From: Callorhinchus milii
Lineage: Eukaryota
DNA: 64,000 bases
Reading direction: 5' to 3'
Assembly (NCBI RefSeq): GCF_018977255.1
Contig: NW_024704743.1
Coordinates: 101,434,001-101,498,000 of the forward strand
The notes under the pieces: model-generated
Seen by the model: the letters and a program-made list of their open reading frames with translations, nothing else
What the model was told of the DNA's origin: nothing
Databases searched by the model: none
Shown here: one piece after another, positions 39,584-52,481 of the stretch
How positions within the stretch are numbered: the first letter of the stretch is position 1
Layout: every line of letters starts with the position of its first letter
Made by a program: the position numbers and the translations under genes

Positions 39584-40130
39584 ACAACAACAACTTGCAT
39601 TTATGTAGTAGCTTTCACGAGGGTTAGTATCTTGGGGCACTTAACGGTGGTGGAGCTTGACGCCGAGGGGGGAAGAGAGGGGAGGTGACTGTAGGTACTG
39701 TCGAAGAGGAAGGTCTTCAAATCTGAAGACGGACAAGAAAGGGGCAAGGTGGAGGCAGAGAGTTCCAAAGTTTCAGACATAGTGGCTGAAGGCACACTTG
39801 ACGATGGTGGTGCGGAGGGGATGAGGGACACACAGGAAGCCGGAGCCAGCTGTGTGAAGAAGCTGGGTAGAGGAGTGATGGGCATGCAGATAGGGAAGTG
39901 CCAGAGCATGGAGTGATGTGTATGTGAGTGTGAGGATCTTGAAATCAATCTGGTCTACAATAGGGAGCTATTGGAGGCTGACAAGTACTGAGGTGACAGA
40001 AGGTGTGGAGTTTGATGGGTACGGATGAAGGAATTTTGAGTTAATTCGATTTTGATGAAATGATGGAGACACCGAGGACGCCATTGGAATAATCGAGGCA
40101 GGAGTTGACGTATGCATTGATAAGGGTCCT
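39584..40130 (-). mobile_element. Old L2 LINE 3' fragment (subfamily B)
   Basis: (CAA)n tail at left; degenerate RIDFKIL, AFSHY..LWNSLP and SRLDY motifs. Confidence 0.75.
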
Positions 40131-40167
40131 TACAGTTTGTACAGTGAGTGAGGAGATGCTCTTTGCA

Positions 40168-41191
40168 TCAGTCCTCCTCTACTCTCAACTCCACGACCAC
40201 CGATGTCCTGACAGCCTGCCTGTCCGACATCGAGTCCTGGACGAGAGACAACTTTCTTCAGCTCAACGTGCGAAAAACCGAGGCCCTCCTGATTGGCTCA
40301 CGTCAGCGCCTCCGCACCTCAGGCGCTGACACCATCAGCATCCAAGGCTGCACTCTCCACCTCTCAAAGCCAGTCAGGAACCTCGGCGTTTTGTTCGACC
40401 CTGAGCTGTCCTTTCTCCCTCACATCCGCACCACAACTGGCACCGCCTTCCATCACCTCCGGAACATCGCCAGACTACGTCACTACCTCACCCCTCACGC
40501 TGCTGAAACCCTGGTCCACGCCTTTGTCACCTCAAGGCTGGACTATGGGAACTCTCTCCTCGCCGGCCTTCCCGCCACCTCCCTCCACAAGCTGCAGGTC
40601 ATTCAGAACTCTGCAGCTCGTGTACTGTCCCGCACCAGGCTTCGGGACCACATCACTCCCACCCTCGCTCGCCTCCACTGGCTCCCCATCCCCCAGAGGA
40701 TCGAATTCAAGATCCTCATCCTCACCTACAAGGCCATTCACGGCCTTGCTCCCTCCTACCTCTCCAACCTACTATCCCCTACCTACCTGCCCGTACCCTC
40801 CGTTCCTCTGGCTCCGGTCTGCTCCACGTCCCCCGCCCCAACCGCCCTACCATCGGTGGTCGGGCCTTCAGCCTCTCAGCCCCGAGGCTCTGGAACTCTA
40901 TCCCCCAGTGCCTTCGCCGCCTCCTCCCTTTCCTCCTTCAAGGCCGGTCTCAAGACCTTTCTCTTTGACCGAGCCTTCAGCTCCCCTCTCGACTCTCTTC
41001 CCCCTCCTCGCTCCCTCCCTTCCCTCCCCTCACCCTGACCATTTCCCCCTCCTCCCTCCCTCCCTTCCCTCCCCTCACCCTGACCATTTCCCCCCTGCTC
41101 GGGTCATGACCCAACTGTGCAGCGCCTTGGGACGTCCTCCTGACGTGAAAGGCGCTTTATAAATGGAATCTTGTTGTTGTTGTTGTTGTTG
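40168..41191 (+). mobile_element. Young L2 LINE 3' fragment (~1 kb), ORF2 post-RT region
   Basis: ORF 40148-41038: CLSDIESW..NFLQLNVRKTE..VRNLGVLFD..AFVTSRLDYGN..LHWLPIPQRIEFKILILTYKAIHGLAPSYL. 1-bp frameshift near 40779, ~43-bp tandem duplication in the 3'UTR (41011-41097), (TTG)n tail. Confidence 0.95.
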
Positions 41192-42810
41192 TCTGTGTTG
41201 GACTCAGTTTCCAGGCTACTAGAGGTGAAAGAAGAGTTTACTAAACCATCGCTCGTACAAACAGAAGTACCTTAAACAGTAATATCAGCACCTATATTCC
41301 TCAAAACAAAAGAACCAGAAAACAAAATATTTGCTCACAGGTATTTTTCTGTTTTTGTTGCCCTAAATTAAAAAAGATGTCTGAGCTACGGTTTTAAAGT
41401 CATAAGTTCATTCATATTTGGAGCCCAACTTTATTCACTTCTGAGTGTTAAATGGTACTATTGTAATCTTGTAATATTGTAAAAGGCATGCTTTCATGAT
41501 GACAGCATCACTGGTACAATATGTCAACGTTTTTTTTAGTGGGGGGCGGGTACAAACTGTTAAAATCAGTCCACTCAATTGAAAAACCAGTACTTCAGCC
41601 AGGAATAATATTGAAATTTAATAACCAGCCAGCTTTTTAGAATAGAAGTTCAAGTTTTAAACATCCCAGCTTGCCCTTTCTCCAGAGAAAAAATAACAAG
41701 CTTGAAGTTCACATTTCTGGTGAATTATTATTATTGTTATTATACATTGTTATTATTTTCATAGACCTCCCTTTCTCAAAACATAGATTGATTTCATATT
41801 AGTCATGCTTTTATCTTTATGCCCTGCATTATTTTACATCCTGTGTCAGAATATGCAATATCTGATCAATAGCAATAATTTATGTGTGATGTTCACTATA
41901 TTGGCTCTTTGCGGGGCATTGCTGTGCACGGATTGGCTGTCACATTCACTTGCAGGGTGCATAGTTACTATACTTTACAGTGATTCTCATAAAGCACCCT
42001 GAGACACCCTCCCAATGTGAAAGGCATTATACCAAATGGAAATTTTCTACAATTCTTATATCTTATACAATTAAGCATTTGATATATTTATGTTACACAA
42101 AAGGTATTAAACAATACTGTATGTGAATAAAAAACTATTAAGTGACATTAATGTGGAGACTACCAGATACAGTTATTTCATATGTCCATTCATTAACAAT
42201 ATTAACTATGGAGTAAAGAGCTCTGTGTAAACACTGTCAGATTTACAGGCTACTACAGGCCTGATATTGGAGACAAACTCAGCTCTCTTAAATATAACAA
42301 TAATCCTTGCATTTGATAAAGTTCCTTATCACGTCATCAAAACATCTCAACACACTTTATAGGATTTACTATGAAGTGTATTGTGACTGTACTGGGAAGT
42401 GACTGTATTTGTAAGTGAATGCGGCAGCCAATTGAATTGCACAAGCTGACATTGCTGTGACTATATGACTCTATAGGTCAGCTCTACACCACTACAAATT
42501 GGAAAACAAAACTTTTCTGTGAAAAAAAATCTACAGCTTTTTTCAGCTTTGGAATGTCTTGCTGATTGACATGCAAATCGCTTATGCCCAGATAGTAACG
42601 TAATAATAATCACTGTATTGATGCAACTTTTTCTATTTTTGTATTTTATATTTGATAAGATGGGCAAAGAGGGGGCAAGGTGGAGTAATTGAGGCAGTGA
42701 GTTCCAGAGGTTTGGGGAGTAGTGGCTGAAATTCTGGTGACTGATGGTAGAGTGAACAAGGGACACGGAGAAGGCCTGAGCTGGCTGATCGAGGGTAGGG
42801 GAGAGGTGCT

Positions 42811-43412
42811 TTTTTTTTTTGTCAACTGGCTGTCTGACACATGCGGAAACCCATCACGATGCTCAAGAGTATCCAAACCGAGCTGAGATTTCCATGCATC
42901 CTACATACACATGAAAATCCCAGAGATAGATTGTTGGAATGGAATGCGCACTCTCTCTCTGGAGGGATACATCCTGCTTACCTAATTCCAGAAAGTATTA
43001 GGCGCAGGTTGGCAAGGCTTGGGAACCCCAAAGTGTGAGTTGGAATACTGCTGGAGTCTAACCAGCTAAAAGCGCATAGCTTGCCATTGATATCGCTGTC
43101 TGGCAAGTTTTCGCATCTCTTATCCAGGTAGGACCACCCTATCCATTAGGGTTTTGGCTTGCGGGGTTAACAGGAGCTGAGTGGGATGACTCCCTGCCCC
43201 CAATGACTGGTCTGCCCTTCCAGATCCTGCTGATGAGCCAGGCTGGCGGTGCTGTAATCAGCAGTGCCCTGGAATACTGTGGACCCACCTGGCTCAGGAA
43301 CCGGACTACCGAGACCACCACCAAGACCGCCACAGAGGGCTGGCTCGATTCTGGCATTCTGTTGCCAGCATGTCACCTTGGAGCCAGTTCAGCTTCAAGG
43401 AGACTCACAGGA
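42811..43412 (-). mobile_element. Family X, longest copy, inserted into an old L2 (42655-42810 and 43413-43610)
   Basis: Poly(T) at the left end (poly(A) on minus). TSD AGGTGCT at 42804-42810 and 43413-43419. Confidence 0.85.
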
Positions 43413-46088
43413 AGGTGCTGATGCACGAAGGTGAGTGTGAGGATTTGAAATTGTTTTGTCATGTGAAAGGGATCCAATGGAGCCTGGCAAGGTATGGGGT
43501 GCAGAGTTTGGTATGGATGAGGATACAGTCAACATAGTTTTAAATTAATTTAACATTGTAAATGGGTGGAGCTGGGGAGTCTGGTGAGGGGGACATTAGA
43601 GAAATCAACAACTTTCTGGCTCAGAGGCGACACTGCTATCAATTGAGCCTGTCTGACACCACTAATCATGGAGATCAGGTAAATAATATACCTTCCTCTG
43701 TGCAGCATTAATGTTTACTGTGATCAGTTTTAGTAACTTTTAAGTTTCATCAATCATTGTACGTTATTGGGTGCCGTGTTTTGCCCACAAAATAAACAGT
43801 CACTCCACTTTACAATATATTCTGTGAAGCGCTTTGAGGCATCTCAACTACATAATAAGGCACTATATCAAATGTAAGGATTATATTATTATCATGTAAT
43901 GGACAATTAATCTGGAAAATTACATGGATAAAGCCAAGAATAGTCATAAAGTCTATTCAGCTGTTGATTTACGTTTCCATCACTTATTCCACCATAAAGG
44001 TTGTGTGTGAAAAAGAGCACATTACATGAAGGAGCATGATCCATGGACCTTCTGTTTTTTTCTTGCAGAATCACATTATAATTTCAGTGTATTTTGCAGA
44101 AAAATAAAGAGAGCAAAAAGTGCCGAAGCTTATTTTAAAATGAAGACAGTGGGGTCTAAACTGTAGCAATTAATAATAACTCTGACTTGCCAACTGCAAC
44201 TCGTTCCAATAACCAGAGATCAGTCTGGCTGAGCTGATGGAGCTCTACTCTCAAAATACCATTCACAACAAAGTATGAACAAGACAAAAGGATTAAGCAA
44301 TGCATAATGTCAAGTCTCCAGAGTAACAATTTCGGCCATCTTTCCTCCCCTCCCCCCAGCTGAAGTTCCCAGTCAATTGAGTCACCCTCCCGATGTGAAA
44401 GGTTCTATATAAACGTAAATTCTTGCTGTTGTTGATTCAGATCACTATTGATGCATAAATCATTTGCCTACAAAACACACAGTCACTACACATTACAGTA
44501 TATGCTGTGAAGCGATTTGAGATGTCCTTCTATATGAAATGTAAGATTTTTTATGGAACATCACAGATTCGTTGCAACCTAAAGCATGAAATTCATCACT
44601 GCATTCATAGATTTGATGTAAGGGGACAAAACATGTTCCAACATATTTTCTTAAATATTCTAGGGGTTAATGATGATTCACAGTTAACGTATATTCTTTG
44701 AAGTGCAATGTGACAATATCATAATTGCTATATTCTTATACAAAAGAGAACAAAGGTCTTACGTTTGTAAGACCAACTGTTCTGGTCACTCTCCGAAGTT
44801 CTGTTCACAGCAAAGTGTGAGTGAGGCTGAAGTATTTACAGTATTTTTCATTATAATTAAAACACAATGTCAAGTGACAAATGCTGAGGTTTCTCACCCC
44901 GCACCCTCCCATGAACTGAATCAGGTTTAAGGTTTAAAAGATGATTGTTTCATAAATGCTTCACCTGTTCAATAGTTCATTGAAGTTCAAAAACTGAGTA
45001 AGTACAGCAAGTGTGAAATTTGTCTACTGGATGCATTTAATTGGCGAGGGAATAAAAATGTAAACACACACGTCAGTCAGTAGATGTGAACAGATGGAGA
45101 AAATGTAAAAGCAACAGGTTTGAAGAAAGAGCTGTGAAATTATTTTCTGAAGCTGCTTATATTTCTTTCCTGTTATCTTATTTTCTTCTAGTTCTTTTAT
45201 TTAATCCTTTATAGTCTTTTAATCTTTTATAATCGGATAACATTCAAGTGAGGAGGTTATTGATATTTTCCGCTTCCCTTAAGTGTGAGGCCATGAAACA
45301 AAATCCTTGGTATAGAATTGTTCACTCCCAGCCAGTCTGAGCTTTGTACCTACAGGAAACAGTGTACATCCTCCTGGCTAGAGAGAGAGAGAGATAGAGA
45401 CCCAAAGTGCCACTGAAAGTAGTAGACTCCCTTTGAAAGTAAACAGGTTACAGAGGGCATTTGCTAAAGCTCAAGCCAGACACACGTAATAAATTGTGAT
45501 ACACACATGCAACTCTTTTTCTAACTCACATCAAGATGTAATGGACATATTATGAGCAGTTGTATTATTTCCACTTATGTAATAAATATCGAAAGATGCC
45601 AAAATGCACTTTCAATGGGAACACAGTTTAAGCTAGCAGTTGAATGGTTAATTTTGACTGGACACTATGGACAACAGACAGCTGCAAAGGGCTATTTCGT
45701 ACTGACGCAGATGAAGGTCATGGCATAGATTTGGGCTTGTCCTTGAATCTCTTATCAAGAAAGTGTTTGAATGACTATTGCCAAGTTTTTTTGTTATATA
45801 TAAATAGACCTTTGTTAAACTTAACTTATGCAGCACAAACGAAGATTCCTCCTCTAGTTTTATAACTTTTACATCTATAAAATAACAGAAAGGTAAACAA
45901 CAAAAACTGGTTTTCAACATGTGTCCATCGTAAGTTTAATATAATAATTCTGTACTGTATTATTTTTTGCCAGAGCTTTGAAGCAAGCAATGGAAACAGA
46001 GTTGTCAGAGAAAGAGGAAGCCAAGCTTTATATATCAGAGCAAGATACAGATGAACCAAAATCTGTAATGTGTTTATCAATGGCCTAT

Positions 46089-46214
46089 TTTCCTCTTCGA
46101 CCGTGCTTACGGCCACCTCCCCCCAGCTCGGAGTCAGGCTCCGCCACTGTTAGGCGCTCTGAGTCGCTACCCTGCGTGGAGGGCACCATACAAGTGCAAA
46201 TTGTTGTTGTTGTT
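46089..46214 (+). mobile_element. L2 3' tip (subfamily B)
   Basis: TTCCTCTTCGACCGTGCTTACGG..TCGGAGTCAGGCTCCGCC..(TTG)n. Confidence 0.85.
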
Positions 46215-48014
46215 GCCTATGGCCCATGGCATATCAATTCCAGGAAACTGATTATTTCAAGTTCTTGGGCATTCACGGAGCAATGCACTCTGCTAGAAAC
46301 GTGAGCTAGTTGTCCTCTGGTTTCAATCACAGTGGATAAAATCGCAGCCTAATTCTCAATCAATTATTTATGCAGTGTGGTGTGTGGGGTGGGTAGTAAT
46401 GTGAAAAGATATTTCCACAGGGCAGTGGGGGTGCAGAGCAGGTGAGTTATTGGGTGAGATTTACAATATTTGCGATCAGGGTTTGTTTGTTTTGTTAATT
46501 GCAAAATCCAGTTTGCAGAATGTATGGTCAATCTACAGGAATGAGGCCAGTCTCAATCCACAACATTCTGGAGACAAACAGCCATTTTGTTAATTTTTGC
46601 ACTTTACCAACTAGAGATTTACTGATCCTAAATACAATAAATATTATTGTCATTAAATAAAAAAAAGTAGAAGTTCAGAATTTTTGGAATTTTCTTCAGC
46701 ACCTTAAACCAACTCAAAGAACTCTGCTTCTAAATTAAAACTGAATTTAAGATAGTTTTCCATAATCCCACACAATCCTAAATTTTAGTATTAAAATTTA
46801 ATTTATAATGTTTAAATCCTAAATTTAAACTTTACGTCACATCTCAAAGTCCTAAATTTAAACTTTAAGCCTAACAGCTTGAAAAGCTTCAGCCCCAAGT
46901 GAAGATGGTTTCACTTGGTATAAAAGAAGTGATATTCAGCTCTGTAAGAAACAAGTTCTCCGCAATGTGTGGGGAACAGGTTGCTGGAACTGAAGGACAG
47001 TAATAAAGTAGCCATAATCCTTGCACCAGATCATATTATTCCCTTGGAAATATTGCCACAGTTTATTGCCCAACCTGAATTTATTACTTTGTGTGTGCAT
47101 GTTTGAGGCAATAGAGGCAATTTAAAGAAGAATCCATTATGACTTTATCTAAGTAATAACTGCTGCAGTTCAGAACTAGCAACAGCAATATCACTGTGCC
47201 TTGTGAAAGACTAAACAAAGGCAAAATAAAAAACAGAAATCAAGCACAGCCACTGACATTGTGTTTTAATTACAATGAAAAATACTGTAAATACTTATTT
47301 TTCTTTATTTTTCATCGTAAAATATTGGACTAAATAAGCCAAACGTGGGATAAATGATAAGTTGTTAGTTTTCAGAACACTGTCTGTGTGCCTTTTGATG
47401 CAGTCTGTCCAGATTTTATAGTATCTGCACAAAGACCACAATAAAGTGACAAGACATGAGCTATTTCCATATTCAGAAGTATCATGTTTTTTACTGAGAA
47501 AATGCTGAGAGGAATCAGTAACTCACTAATCACCTGTCAAAATCTACAATCTGTCCAGAGCTGTAAAGCCAGCATCACGGGCATCAACACTGAGAATGTC
47601 TTGGGTGGGTTGGTTCTGCATCATGTTTGCTTTGATTCAGCTCCTGATTGTGAAACTATTCCTCTTATATTCCTCTTATACAACCACATGATCCTCTTAC
47701 AATTGATAGAACTGTGCTAGTGGCAAAATCAATATAAGAACATATGTTTGATTCACTAATGTTCTCAAGTCAATTATGTTAAATGAGAAAAGTAAGAACC
47801 CAGTTGTAATGGCCCAAAGAGCAAGATATGGCACAAAGACCTACATAGAAGATTGAGAACATTTAGCTTCATATTATAGATCTCTCATTGTTGAATAATT
47901 GCCAAAAATAAAATTAGATGTGTTGAGGGTAGGATTGGGGATTTTAGCACAGTTCATCCAATTGTTGATCCAATTGACACAGGATAGACAGTAGGTATGC
48001 AGATAATAACAAGA

Positions 48015-48260
48015 ATAATAATCTTTACATTTGATACAAAACCTTTCACGTCACATCTCAAAGTGCTTCACATGATTTGCTGTAAAGTGTACTACTCTGT
48101 ATTTGTAGGCAAACATAGTAGCTAATCTATATACAGCAATGTTCCCCCAAACAGCCAGGAAAGGAATGAACAATTTTATTTGTGGGAATGATAGCCTAAA
48201 CACCAGGAGAAACTTCTTTCTCTTTTCAAATAGTGTCATGGCATCTTTAACATCTAGTTA
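48015..48260 (-). mobile_element. SINE family B 3' half
   Basis: Reverse-complement tail and core. Confidence 0.7.
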
Positions 48261-49075
48261 CAAGAAACATGAGGCAAAACAGGTACAGCTTTCATTAATG
48301 CTAATATTTGAAAGGTGTCTAAAAAGTAAACTAGTGGTGTCTCCACTGCAGAGCCAAAAAAGTTCCCTGTGAGGTAACCAAGTTTTCGCTGATTGACACT
48401 CAGGTCTGCAGACATTGCAATAATGAGAATTCAGGGGCTTGCTAGATGCTCGCAACTTTGAGTCATTCCCTGGAGGCACGTTTTTTATGTCATGTGTACT
48501 TTTGCCAGTACTGGTGACATCGCCAAAGTCTTTTTGACACCACTGTCACTACAAGATCACAAAACTGGTTCAGATGAAGGAAACCCTCAATCTCATCCTT
48601 CCTTAATACTCACCTTGCCGTCCTCCCATCAGAGCATCAAGCTGATTTTTGAATGACCTGCGAACCTGTTCCAACACAAGAAGCGCAACAGAATTGAAGA
48701 CTTTTTGTTTAAATATTTTTTTTATCCAGAAGTCCAGTGTTCAGTTTTGCAGAGAAACCACTTGCACAACTCGGTAGTAATCTTTGTTTCTTCTTATCTT
48801 TGTACATTAACAGCTGGATCTTTGCAGTTTTTTTTATAAGACTCAAACTCAAAATCTGAACTCTGGCTGTCAATCAGGCAATTGCTGGAGTCAGTGGGTA
48901 ATGTTTTCCAGACTTGTCCTAAGAGAGTATTTGAATGAAGTTCTGTTAAGTGTATCAATAGTCTAGTAGATGAAAACACATGAATATGTAATCGATTGTA
49001 TACTGTCTAAGTGACAGTCTCCTCTGCAGACTTCCTCTTGATGTGATTCACCTTTAAAAGCAGCTGCTTCACTTT

Positions 49076-50275
49076 ACAACAGCAACGACTTGCACTTATA
49101 TAATGGTGTTCTGAGATGCAGGGTAGCGTCTCAGAGCGCTTAACAATGGCGGAGCCTGACTCCGAGCCATGGGGGTGGGGTGGGGGGGTGCCAGTGAAAA
49201 GGAAGAAAAGGAAGGTTTTAAGGCGGAGGGATGGAGGGAGAGTGTTCCAAAATTTCAGGGCTGAAAGCGCGACCACCAGTGATGGAGCCGAGGGTGCGAG
49301 GGATAAGCAGGAGGCCGGTGCCAGTCGAGCAGAGGTGCCGGGTGGTGGATTGGGGAGTGAGGAGGTAGGGAGGTGCCAGGGAGTGAAGGGATTTGAAAAC
49401 AAATATGAGAATCTTGAAGTCAATCCATTTGGTGATGGGGAGCCAGTGGAGCCTGACCAGAACTAGTGAGATGGGAGTTCAATACGGAGTTTGGTCGGGC
49501 TCACTATGTGGGCAGCAGAGTTCTGAATGAGCTGAATTTTTTGAATAATGGAGCTGGGGAGACCAGCGAGGAGTGTGTTTGAATAATCCAGGCGAGAGGT
49601 GACAATCGCATGCTTGAGCATTTCGGCTGCATTTGGGAAAAGGTAAGGTGGATCAGGGAGGAGAGGCAGTGGAGGAGGATGACTGTGTTGAATGTGGCAG
49701 AGAGATCCAGGAGGACGAGGATGTAGAGGGAGCCCTGGTTACAGATATAGAGTACGTTGTTTGTGACTTTGACAAGCGCTGTCTCTGTGCTGTGGGCAGG
49801 GCGAAAACCAGACTGCAGGGTCTCGAGGAGGGAGTGGAGGGAGAGGTGTGGTTGTGATTGTGGTTGAGAGGGAGAAATGGGGGCAAAGAAGTATAAGGAG
49901 GGGGGAGTCGCAGGAGCCGTGGTGGAGGGAGAAGATGGTGTGGATGGTCTGGGTGGGGTGGAAGGGGACATGGGTGGGGGGGATGATGATGATGCAGCGA
50001 AGCAGATGTTTTCAATCTTTGAGGCGAAGAAGTCTAGGACCTCTTCGGACTTGGCATTTGATGTAAGGATTGAAGGAGCTAGAGGGGGTGCAAGGAGGAG
50101 GTGATGGACAGTGGAAAACAGTGTGTTTGGATTGCTTTTGGCCTCCAGGATGACTTGGAGTAAAAGGCAGTTTTGGCCTGTGAAAGGGAGAGGTGGTAGG
50201 TGTGGAGGTGCTTGAGCCACAGCTGGCAGTGAATCGTGAGGCTGGGTTTCTACCATCTGTGCTCGAGCGTCCGAG
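49076..50275 (-). mobile_element. Internally deleted L2 LINE (subfamily B)
   Basis: ORF 49504-50328 contains [19 protein letters not shown] and [27 protein letters not shown]. It joins directly to the post-RT region; no YADD segment. Confidence 0.9.
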
Positions 50276-50907
50276 TTTGGGTTTTGAGAGAGCAGAGGTG
50301 ACTGTTGTACCAGGGAACCTTTAAACATTTTAATAGTCTTTACATCTAATTCTTAATTGTCTGATCTTTAATTAATTGACAATTTATAACAACCTGACAA
50401 GGGTTTAAATTTGCTTTCACCACAGATATTTCCTTGATAATAATCCAGTCATTTGTTAGTCTTGAAAAATCACTATACAAATGTTTACATTTAGCTCCTA
50501 TGAACTGTCCAGAAAATAAATGTGCTAGGACTGCAAAGTATTTAACAGATGCAAGTGACCAAATTAAGTGAGCAATCTGGAATAAGCAATCATGCTGAAA
50601 ATGGTCGCAAGAAAACTATTATGTTTGAAAAGTCAGCTTAAATCAGTTTATTTGTGGCTCCTGGATTTTGTTGAATTATTTTACATGGCTCACATCAACT
50701 AGCCTCTAAAGGAGATTGTAACTCTACACTGCATTGCAACATGTTATAGTTTCTTAATTCATGTAAATGACATTTCTTTGGGGTCTAATGTACTCAGCAA
50801 AAATAACAAAACTCGTAGTTATGGTATGTTCTCCAGTGCAAAAGTCAACAGCGAGCTGTGAGTGTTAAAGCAACAGAAACACTGCAGTAATATAAACATA
50901 ATAAAGA

Positions 50908-51105
50908 TAATAATCTTCACATTTGATATAGTGCCTTATAAGATCATCGACACATCTCAAAATGTTTCTACAGGATTTTTTGTTAAGTGTAGTGACTGTG
51001 TTTGTTGGCGAACACGGCAGACAATTTTGTACACAGCAATGTCCCATGAAGAGCCATGAAGTGAATGACAATTTTTAAAAAATATTTTGGGGGATTGTTG
51101 GCCAG
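50908..51105 (-). mobile_element. SINE 3' half
   Basis: Reverse-complement tail and CACAGCAATGTCCCA core. Confidence 0.7.
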
Positions 51106-52175
51106 CACTTTGCAGATTTCACAGATAGGTAATGATTTCTTTATCTTTGTATAAAATGTTATCATTTGGATTAGTTTTCATTCTTATTACCTGCGTATCA
51201 AAATCGCACTACAATGTTGAAGCCGAAACTGTACTAAACATGTTGCTTGAAGGAATCTGCTCCTGCTTGAGGTTCTCCTCTTGCTAAGCATGTCTGAAAG
51301 GCAGAAGGTTTGTTACTTCTGCTGGTAAGGATCACTGTTGTATTTGACATGATTTGCCTTCAATGTATCACTTGAGGTTTAATATATGTTGATTTCTAGC
51401 AAGATTCCTTAATAAAGAAGCCAATGGTGATTCCGCCCGGTAACTAGAAGTGCATCACTTGGAAACTCCGCTCCTAAACACATTTGGTTTCCTTTTTAAA
51501 GAATCGTTTAGAAATTGCTAATATCTGAAACCCCAGTATTGCTGAAGCATACCGATAAGTAACAAATTTGTTTAAGCAAACTGACCATGTAGTTTCACCA
51601 CATGGGCTCCTGTACTCTACTATACTGCGTGGTATAGTATGGCCATATTTAAAGATCAGATGATCATGGATTTGATGGAAAGACTGTTCTAAATTTAGAG
51701 GGAAGACTTCTGCGCTGTGTAGTGGTAATGATTTGGGCGTCTCTCTGTAGTTCATTTGGAAGGTGAAAATCAGACACCAGGTGACCCCCTATGTCCCTCT
51801 GTCACATTTCCGAGTGAAGACTTGGCAATGTGATGACAGCCAGAAACTCTATAGAAAGCACGATTAGCCTTTGCAAATGGGGAAAAGGGAATAAAACAGA
51901 GAGACCTAATGTGGAGAGGAAATTTCTTCAAAAAGCAACCAATAGTTATTCCTGGCATCAGGGATGATACACCTCTGCTCGAGGCCAACGTAATTATTGA
52001 CAGAGTTTTGGTCGATGTGATAATATCATCTATCTTCTTCATGAGTAATAAAACAACAATGTCTGTCTAGGTTTCAAGAATGTTATCAATAACCAATTGA
52101 CATAGAGACATGATTTATACCTCATCAGAAAGGTCTTGCATCTGAGAGTGACAGGGGCATATTTGTTTTCGAGTA

Positions 52176-52481
52176 TCTCCTATTGTGGCACCGTGCGTCG
52201 CAGAGACGTACATAGGTACACACGCATTGCAGTTACACCTGGTGGCCGCGTCGGCTGACTATGGCACTATGGCATTCTGCGTCACAGAGCATGTGCATAG
52301 CTAAAAGTCAGGAACAAAATAAAGAACACAGATGAAGCTAAACCATGGCAACAACTCCTCCCACAGGAGTCCTCCAAGATGAGTATAAATGAAATGTCTG
52401 TCTGTGGGTCCGTCTGTGAGTCAATCTACATTCCATAATGGATCCTTTGGTTGCAAACGTAGCTGCAACGGGGACAGCTAG
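52176..52481 (+). mobile_element. Possible non-autonomous Helitron-like element
   Basis: Locally CpG-rich; A|TC 5' candidate, internal (GTCT)n-like tract, subterminal hairpin GTTGCA..TGCAAC, terminal CTAG (followed by C, not T). Confidence 0.4.

Noticed and set aside
40148..41162. Longest ORFs (296 aa and 289 aa) as host genes
   Set aside because: One is a 5'-truncated, frameshifted L2 ORF2 fragment; the other is a shadow frame of the same C-rich sequence.
43227..43267. CTGATGA followed by a GCCAG/CTGGC stem as a hammerhead ribozyme in family X
   Set aside because: No GAAA box after the stem in this copy or the 8717 copy; better explained as a simple hairpin.
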